Shown here one piece after another: positions 54,787 through 64,000 of a stretch of 64,000 nt of DNA (the first letter of the stretch is position 1; the number at the start of each line of letters is the position of its first letter). The stretch lies in NCBI GenBank assembly GCA_951406725.2, contig OX597817.1, positions 79,484,001 to 79,548,000 on the forward strand. Direction: 5' to 3'. Position numbers and translations under genes: made by a program. The DNA is from Octopus vulgaris. Its lineage: Eukaryota. The notes under the pieces are model-generated. The model was not told the DNA's origin. It worked only from the letters and a program-made list of their open reading frames with translations, and searched no databases.

Positions 54787-55351
54787 CACATTTACACATA
54801 AGTATATAGATATTACATACCATACATATGCATATATATATATATACTTATATACAAATATATATGTGTGTGTGTATACACATACATACATATATATATA
54901 TATATACACACACACATAAATATATACTTATGTACATATATATGTATAAATATCGATATATATATATATATTTATATATATATATATATACATACATATA
55001 TATATATATTTACACACATATATGCATATGTATGTGTGTATTTAGATATAAAGAGATATATATGGACATAGATATAGATATAGATATACATCACTTGTTA
55101 CATGTGTAACTAATTTTCCTCTATGCAAAATTTATCTCTGAGTAAGCATTGACGTAGATATACACACCTACCACTTGTTTAGTTGTCTCATGACACACAA
55201 CCACATATTCACACATACATACACAGGCACACACACACACACTCATGCACAAACATTCACACACACACTCATAAATACACGTATATACATACATGCATGC
55301 AGATATACCAAAATGCATGCTTGTACATTATGTAAACAAAGATTACCTAAG

Positions 55352-55399
<48 letters not shown>

Positions 55400-56295
55400 T
55401 ATTTGTAAACAACATGGGTGTGTATGTGTGTGTTTATTTGTGTAGATGTATTTATTTGTGTGTATACTGGCATATATATCATTGATATATTTTGATTGCG
55501 TACAGAACTGTCAAATGTGTGTTGTCTATCTCGGAAGAAAGGACACCTCATTTGTTTTGGCTTCCAGCTTCATGATTAATCTCTACATCAATGGGACTAC
55601 AACAATAATAACAAGCTCAACAACTACTGCTACAACTACTATAAAAATCAATACATTAACAAAAAAAAAAGGAATAAACAAGAATAAAATCTGTTTAATT
55701 CCGACCACAAATTTCAATGGCTTTTTTTTTTCCTTTCTCAATACTGATTCTGTCAAAGATGGTTTTTACAATTCCACCTCCTATACCAACCTTATTTGAA
55801 AGTTCTCCATCTCTTATTATTAATATTCCATTTAATATTCAATTTATCTATTCCCCATTTCTTTCCACTCCCCAATTCCTCCTTCACCCCCAGCTTCCTT
55901 ATATAATATTTGTATTATGTATGACATAACATCATATATATTAGTCAAACCCTCTTGATATTTTGTCTGTATTTCTTTGGGGTTTGACTCATGTTCTTTC
56001 TGTTGTTGTTTCTTGTATAGCCCTGGTCAGAGGGCATAAAGTTTGCTGAAATAACAACGAATTTCAATCACAGTTTATTGTCAAAATCATATTCCTTACC
56101 ATCTATAATTTTGGAAGCATATCCTTCTAAGATTTTATATTCAAAGCAATCGGTCTTCAATTTAAAGGATTTGGGATGTTTTCTAACAAAAATTTAGCAC
56201 TTCCATAAATTATGACAATCAATGCATGTCTGGTAAGTTTACTGTCATCAGTTCACTGGGTATTTTTCAATAATTTTTAATTATTAATGAATATA

Positions 56296-56444
56296 TTTTC
56301 ATGGTAAACTTTGTGGTGAAATTTTCATGGTAAACTTTGGTAAATTTTCATGGTAACTTTGATAAATTTTCATGGTAACTTTCATGGTAACTTTGGTAAA
56401 TTTTCATGGTAAACTTTGTGGTGAAATTTCCTCATGGTGAATTG
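56296..56444. repeat. Minisatellite of ~23-29-bp units (ttttcatggtaaactttggtaaa)
   Basis: About seven imperfect copies of the tcatggt(a/g)a core. Confidence 0.85.
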
Positions 56445-57114
56445 ATAGTAGTGAACTCTCTAAAAATGAACTGAGCTGCAGAAATAAATTGCAACACCAT
56501 TGATGCCAAGCTGTATCATTCTTTGCCTTGCCCTTCGATAACATGGGTGGCACGGAAAGAAGAGGCTGGTATGCATCAGCAACACTTGATCACCTGTAAA
56601 CGACCTTGTCTGGACTTGTGCTTCAGCAAGTAACTTTCTAGGTGCAATCCCATGATCATTCATGACCAAAGGAATTCTTTAACCTTTTTATATAAAATTC
56701 TATGGTACAATATGACATCCATATTGACGGCAGGTCATAAAAAGGGAGAATAAGTTTCCCCTTCCATCTGCAGACTGAGGCGGTACCTTAGGCAAGTGCT
56801 AGCAACCCTTTAGCTTCTTGTGTCAGGAATACAAAGAGAACATTGACAACAGATCACTGGATAACTGACCAAATGGAGAAGTTCTTGATAAGTAGCTTGA
56901 AGGTTATTGCAGTCAAGTGGAATATCTATACCACCAGACAATATCTGGCTGTCATGCAATAAGTGAGCTGCTACTGTGGGAGTTTCATCATTGACCATGC
57001 TCATTTATTATTTGTGTATTTATGCATGTATGTATATATATCCTGAGTGTCAAACTAATACATTTGCTAGTTGTTCATACACCTGTCTTTGTCTTTTGTC
57101 TTTCTCTAAATTTC

Positions 57115-57145
<31 letters not shown>

Positions 57146-57514
57146 CTACCTATAAGTTCTATAGGTTTCCACTGGGAAATAATTTTTTCCAGTAATACCT
57201 TCTTACAATCAGAGAACAATACAGTTAACAAGTAAACATTCCAGTGTTTTCTTTCAAGGCAAGTCTCTGGCATTTTTGCTTACAGTAGAATGAATGCTGT
57301 ACGTTCATTATACAAGTGAGCTTGGATATTGTTAATTTGAAACTTGGAAATATGTAAAAGCTGCTCTTTTAGCCCTTTTCATATCAAAATACCTTAGACT
57401 GCCCCTGGATTTAAGAAGCACACTTCATGTTTTAAAGTGATCAAAGTTCAAATCTCCCATTAAGATTTCACATTAATTTACGTTCCAAACACCAATTTAA
57501 TAATGCTTTCAAAG

Positions 57515-57564
<50 letters not shown>

Positions 57565-57567
57565 CTA

Positions 57568-57732
57568 ATAAGGGTAAAAAATTGAATATTAATTTGATTA
57601 ATATCATTTAAACTAGTGGCCTAGCATATTGAAAAAATCTAAAGATTCAGAAAAATTATATTATATACATACAAGAGGGATGACCACTAAGCCCACTTAG
57701 TGGTCATCCTTCTTATATGTACGTAATATAAT
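57568..57732 (+). repeat. Second copy of the 45333 fold-back family with a shorter hairpin
   Basis: taagggta.aaattga.att...cagtgg.ctagcatatt.aaaaatct.aaga, then a 37-bp-arm hairpin (57655-57691 / 57696-57732) centred on gaccactaag. Confidence 0.75.
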
Positions 57733-59221
57733 ATTTATAAATATAGATAGACATACATACATGCATGCACACATACACATATGATGATGTTTTTCCATTT
57801 CTGTCCAAGAAATCTTCTGATAAGGCTTTAGTCATCCTTGGCCTAGAGCAGGTGACACTTGCCCATTGTAGCATGCAGCAAGACTGAACCCCAAGCTATG
57901 TGAGTGACAAGGAAGCTTCTAAACCACACAACCATCAATGTATATGGATCTCTTTAAACATGTCCTACGTTACAGAGGAGATAGAAATTGAAAGACAAAC
58001 TTATAACTTACGCATGTGCTTAATGCCATAAGGAAACTGAAATATTTTCATCAGCTTTTGAAACAGCACAGTAGATCTAGCTATGCCAAGAGCTTGCTTA
58101 TTACTCTATGATACTCATCACAATGCTGCCTTGTTATACAATACACTATGATAGGAAACAGATATGAGTTAACAATGTAAAGAAAGCTAAGGGTGTTAAC
58201 TTGGCTCAGAAAGCTGCTATGACTAAAGGGTAGTAGCTGAGTCAGTGTTTGTGCCATTATCCTTAACACCAATTCCTTTCCTCTTTCATTAGTTACAACA
58301 CAACACAGATTTAATGCTGTGCGTTGTTGTACTAAATACTATACTTTAGAGTTTTAAAATATGAAACTAAAGGCAATATCTTGTGAGCAATTAATACACT
58401 GAAACAATTGGAGTGGTTAGTTATTTAACTTAATCAATTCACTGACATGGTCACTATTGAACAAGCCTGATCCGTCAGAGCGGTCAGTTGGCAAACAGAA
58501 GCAATTTACACGCAGTCTTTTCACAAAGTGTGGTGATGATGGAGATGTATTGACAAAAGCTTCAAGCCATAATGATTTTAGGTGATCAGTGAAGGAATAA
58601 ATTTCAAGGAAAATGCCTGACATCCAAGTAACGAGGATATGAAATGTATTGGGAAATTAAGTTGGGGAGAAAGATATAGTTAGAGACAGGTAGATATGTG
58701 TGCATAAATAGAGGGAAAGAGATAGAGATAAGAGTACAGATATAAGATTTGAGAGAGCTAACAACAGAACAGAATAAATGCTAGAGAGAGTAAAAACAAG
58801 AAAGAGAGGAATAGAGAGAGAGAGAGAGATAAAGAAAGAGAGAGAAAGAGAGAATGTGAGAGTGAGGTCAGCTTGCTAGTTGGAGATAATAAAACCACAA
58901 GTTTAATTAGTTGTCTGTACAGGGGGCACTAAACGGGTCTTATCAGGGGAACAGCATCCTAGGGGCATCAAAAGATTCAATTAAGGACTCAATATAAGTA
59001 AGAATTAATTAAATATTTATGAAGATTCAGTTTGTGTGTAATGTGTGTGATTTAACATGTCTTCTTACTTTTCACCAATTCTCAGATTAATATTTTTTCC
59101 TTCTTTCTATCAGATTTTGTTTATCAAAAGATGTAGCACTTCTTATGTATTTGAACATGATTAAGTAATACCATTATCATTATTATTATTATTTTTATTG
59201 TTATTATTATTATTATACCAA

Positions 59222-59437
59222 TTAAGGCAGTGAGCTGGCAGAATCATTAGCTTGTTGCACAAAACGTTTAGTGGCATTTCATTCATCTTTACATTCTGAG
59301 TTCAAATTCCATCAAGGTCAGTTTTGCCTTCCATCCTTTTGGGTTTGATAAATTAAGCCCCAGTTTCGCACTGGGGTCGGTCTAATCGACTGCGCCCCCT
59401 CTGCCAACATTTCAGGCCTTGTGCCTATAGCAAAAAG

Positions 59438-59471
<34 letters not shown>

Positions 59472-59807
59472 ATTATTATCATTATTGTGGAGGTGCAAGG
59501 GCCCAGTGGTTAGAGCATCAGACTCGCAGTCAGGGTATAGTGGTTTCGATTCCCAGACCAGGCATTGTGTGTGTTTATTGAGTGAAAATACCTAAAGCTC
59601 CACAAGGCCCCAGCAGGGGGGTGGGGGGTGGCGACCCCTGTTGTACTCTTTCACCCCAACTTTCTTTCACTCTTTCTTCCTGTTTCTTGAGTAATGTAGC
59701 AGTGGACTGGCATCCCGTCCAGCTGGGGGGAACACATACACTATAGAAACCAGGAAACCGGGCCTATGAGCCTGGCTAGGCATGAAAAGTGCACATAAAT
59801 AAATAAA

Positions 59808-59890
<83 letters not shown>

Positions 59891-60615
59891 CAATTAAGGC
59901 AGTGAGCTGGCAGAATCATTAGCTTGCTGAATAAAAATGATTAGTGATATTTTGTCCATCATTATGATCTGAGTTCAAATTCCACTGAAGTAAACTTTGC
60001 CTTTCATTTTTTTTTCAGGGTCGATGAAATACATACCAGCTGAGCAGTGGGGTCAAAGAAATCAACTAGCTCCCTCTCCTCAAATTTCAGACTTTCTGCC
60101 TATAATAGAAAGCATTATTATTATTCTGATTGAGGTGGTAAGCTGGCAGAATCATAAGTACATCAGACAAAATACCAACATTCTTCTAGCTCTTTATGTT
60201 CTGAATTCAAATTCCACCAAGTTCAACTCTGCCTTTCATTCTTCTAGAGCAGTGTTTCCCAACCATTTTTACCTAGCGACTCCTGTGTTTCCTATTTTAC
60301 TAAGATGGACCCTTGTAGCCATTCAGTGTTTTAAAAAATCTTATCATATCTTTAAAATTAAATATTATTAGGAATTGTATAAAGATAATTCTCTTTTACT
60401 CTTTTTTACTCTTTTACTTGTTTCAGTCATTTGACAGTGTCTATGCTGGAGCACCACCTGTAGTCAAGCAAATCGCCCCCAGGACTTATTCTTTGTAAGC
60501 CTAGAACTTATTCTATCCATCTCTTTTGCTGAACCGCTAAGTTATGGGGAGGTAAACACACCAGCATCGGTTGTCAAGCGATGTTGAGGGGACAAACACA
60601 GACACACAAACATAT

Positions 60616-60673
<58 letters not shown>

Positions 60674-61800
60674 AATACAATGGGCTTCTTTCAGTTTCCA
60701 TCTACCAAGTCCACTCACAAGGCTTTGGTTGACCCAAGTAGAAGACACTTTGCCCAAGGTGCCACACAGTGGGACTGAACCCGGAACCATGTGATTTGTA
60801 AGCAAGCTATTTACCACAATTTATTGCCGATACATTTTAACAACAAAAATCTTATATGGTCCCTTAAGGGCCAAATGGACCCTCTTTGAAAACCACTGCT
60901 CTAGAGTGAGGTAATGGGGGCGCTCTGTGCCAAAATTTGAAACCATTACCATTTTAGTTACTGAAGGAGAAAGATGGTTATGTCTTTTCTGAGAGGCAGT
61001 CAACAAATTATGAAGTTGGTCCATCAAGAGACACCTTCCATTTATAAACAAAGTGGTAAGCACATCATGCAAAATGCTTTCTTGCACTTTTTCCAGTTCT
61101 TTAGATTTCCAGTTCAAATTCCACTATGATCAACTTTGCCTCTCATCCTTTTGAGATCATTAAAACAAGTACCAGTTGAGCACTGGGGATTGATGTAACC
61201 CACTAACTCCTACCAAAATGGCAGGCCTGGTGCCAAAATTTGAAACTGTTAGAATTATCATTAACTATTATAATTATTAAGGTGACAAGCTAGCAGAATC
61301 ATTACCATACTTAGAGGCATTTAATCTGATTTTATGCTCTAACTTCAAATTCCATCGAGGTCGACTTTGCTTTTCATCCTTTCAGGGTTGATAAAATAAG
61401 TACCAGTTGAACACTGGGGTCGATGTAATTGACATACCAACTCACTAAACTTTGCTGGCCTTCTGCCAAAATTTAAAACCATTATTACTACACTTATTAC
61501 AACAATTGTGGAAGCACATGGGCTAGTTAGAGCAGTGATCAAGGGATTGCAGGTTCAAATCTCAAACTGGGCAATGTGTGTGTTTATGAGCAAAACACCT
61601 AAGCTCCATGCGGCTCCGGCAGAAGCAAATGGTGAACTTCTGCTGACTCTTTCACCACAACTTTCTCTCACTCTTTCCTCCTGCATCTAGCAGCTCACCT
61701 GCGATGGACCAGCGCCCTGTCTAGGTGAGGAATCTATACGCCATTGAAACCAAGAAACTGGCCCTTATGAGCCAGGCATGGCTTGAGAAGGAACAAACAA
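59222..61800 (+). mobile_element. Dense array of SINE family B copies with family D insertions, in (TTA)n-rich sequence
   Basis: At least five aagg.g..agct.gcagaatca copies, family D SINEs at 59487-59800 and 61508-61795; all CpG-decayed. Confidence 0.75.
60250..60898. mobile_element. hAT (Charlie-like) MITE containing a family A SINE
   Basis: Ends CAGTGTTTCCCAA and TTGAAAACCACTG; TSD ttctagag/ctctagag (NTCTAGAN type). SINE at about 60410-60818 (-). Confidence 0.8.
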
Positions 61801-62231
61801 TTACAATCATTATCATTATTATTATGGAAGGACAGAAATGGCAGAATACTGTACTAAATGCTAAATAGTATTCAGTTATGGACTTTTCAGTGTGTTCAAA
61901 CTCTGAACAGATCACAGTTGGCTTTCTTATGTCAAGGATTGATAGAACAAGTAATAAGTACCAGTCAGCCACTGGAGTTGGTATATTCAAATGTCCTCCA
62001 CCCCATCAAATTTATGGATTTTTGCAACTATCAGAAAGTTATCTTCATTAATAATAATTGTGGAAAGATGAGGTAATACTTTAGATAATAAGGCTTAGTA
62101 AAGGGATTCAACATTCATCATGAATAATTCATGTCTATGTGGAAGTAAACATGGAGGAACGAGAAAAGAGGTATAAAGAGAGTTGTATATATGTACACAT
62201 GCATGTGTGTGTGTATATATATATATATATA

Positions 62232-62453
62232 AAGAGTTGGCCAAAAGTCACCTGACAGTAAATCAAAACCATCTAATTCCAAGATTTATTTATGTTTAAC
62301 AACTGAATGAATTTAATAAAAGCATCTAGATATGAAACATCATGACAATTGTTCAAACTGAAGTCCTTCTTGAGCAACACCATTTTCCTAAAATTGAGTA
62401 TTAAGTATTTATAGAATTTTGGTTAACTGTCGGGTGACATTTGGCCAACTCTG
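62232..62453. mobile_element. Tc1-like MITE
   Basis: ~37-bp TIRs AGAGTTGGCCAAAAGTCACCTGACAGT and rc AGAGTTGGCCAAATGTCACCCGACAGT, with TA flanks. Confidence 0.85.
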
Positions 62454-62859
62454 TATGTGTGAGTATTAAAACAAAATTTTATATAGAGTTACCCAAGGTT
62501 TCGCACCCACAAAGCAAAGCCATATGGACAGCTCATCATATGGACAATCTAGGGATCTACTTTTTAGAATGTGCTTCTTTCTCATATTTATATATATATA
62601 TATAGATAGATAGATAGGTGTAAAAAAGGTTGAATTTAGATTCGTCCTTTAATTTGGAGGTTTCCAAAAAAGATTCCTAATATTGATTCTTCATATTTTG
62701 CTGGTAATTTACAGGCGTAAATTTGTGAATATGAAAATAATACTTGTATATGGTGTGTTGTGAATTTACGGACAGAAATCCCATAAAACTTAACAATTTA
62801 ACTAAAAATGAAGAAGAGAAGTTGTTAAAATATATATAAGATAATTTTAATATATATAT

Positions 62860-63570
62860 TAATATTTTACAGTAATGAACTGTGTATTCATTTTCATTCT
62901 TAAAACTGTTTAGCAGATTTGAACATAAATATGTTAGTCACTTTTGTATTACATCTTTGAAGAATCCCTTCTTCCTATGGACAATGTGGGCTGAGAACAC
63001 AAAATTCAGTATAGAAACAAGTCTCTAAGATACAGGCATTTTGACATGACTGTGTCCCTTCAGCTAAAGCTATTCCTGGATACCAGATCCAAACAGGACA
63101 TGTGGTCTTTGTTTATAGAATTCAGAAAACATATTTACTCATGTATGCTGGTGCCTGCCAAATCAATATTAGGTTATAGTGAGCTTATAAAGCAGTGAGA
63201 ACGAAAAGCAATGATGTAAATATTCATTTTTAGCATCTTCCTGCAGATTTCAATGTGAATATGTTAACCTCTGTTGTATTTCCCTTTTAGACAACAACCT
63301 CGCCCTTCAGAGGATGTGTGCTAACAACACACACAATCCGATGATGAAGGAAATATTTAAGAGACTAGTGTTTCAACATTATTGTATGTCTTCAGTTGAA
63401 GTTACCTGAATGTCAATAAGCATGGTAGTTCTTGTTTATAGAATTCAGAAAACAAATTATTTGCTGAAATATGCTGATGTCTGTCAAGTCAATGATAATA
63501 TATTATGAGCATGTACTGCAGTAGAAATCAAAATAATGATGTATATATTCTTTGTTAACACTTGTTGGTA
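62860..63570 (+). repeat. Old diverged tandem repeat, period ~330 bp, ~2.2 copies
   Basis: Collinear anchors gcagattt (62913/63243), atgtg.gct.a.aacaca, cttcag.t.aag.ta and tgtttatagaattcagaaaaca (63110/63433). Confidence 0.75.
63291..63383 (+). CDS. Candidate 93-nt symmetric (phase 1-1) exon
   Basis: Acceptor gtatttcccttttag|, donor ATT|gtatgt, open frame NNLALQRMCANNTHNPMMKEIFKRLVFQHY. It lies within the diverged tandem unit. Confidence 0.35.
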
Positions 63571-64000
63571 GCAACAATGATTTTTTTTTTTTTTTTACAA
63601 ATACTACTGCTGATAAGAATGGCTTCCATTTCTATGATTTTACATACCTCTTAAGTCACCTGGGTTTCTTCCTGGCGAGATTAATGCAAAATTATGACAA
63701 AAATTTCATTCAACAAATCTTGCTCCAAGCATATGTTCAAACATCCAGACATACATGCATGAATTTACAAACACACACAAAATATCACACCATTATTAAA
63801 TACTCATGTACTGTTTCAGCCTAAGGGTAATGTTCAGCATACAAGTGCCTCGGGTATACTCAGTCGATTATTCTATAATTCAATGCACAGGAAGTACACT
63901 TGATTGAGCAATTACAATACTCAACAATTCATGGATGAAACAACTCACAATACATTAACTAGCACAGCTTTATGATGTGCAGTGAATGCAGTGTTCAAAT

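Noticed and set aside
58417-58623. 68-aa minus-strand ORF MSGIFLEIYSF...
   Set aside because: No strong donor, no recognisable motif and no phase-compatible neighbouring exon.

Overview
This is AT-rich, microsatellite-dense eukaryotic DNA. The tRNA-derived SINE families and repeat landscape suggest an octopus (coleoid cephalopod) genome; that assignment is an inference. Nearly all listed ORFs are microsatellite artefacts. Supported content: (1) a phase-consistent three-exon minus-strand gene model (28845-28767, 18954-18782, 17747-17493; about 168 aa, not recognised); (2) a probable bidirectional promoter at about 8.8-9.2 kb with two RFX X-boxes, plus minus-strand exons at 4085-4002 and 857-470; (3) weak traces of a plus-strand gene over the CpG-depleted right half; (4) many transposon fossils (Tc1, mariner, DD37D/maT, Tigger, hAT MITEs, Helitrons, Penelope-like, R4/Dong-like and I-like LINE ends, SINEs). 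The most unusual signal is a set of type I hammerhead ribozyme motifs in short Penelope-like elements inserted in (TA)n. One complete hammerhead sits in the loop of a ~163-bp near-perfect inverted repeat (22271-22336), and a three-copy family shares a non-canonical CUGUNGA core. All calls were made by eye; repeat boundaries are approximate.
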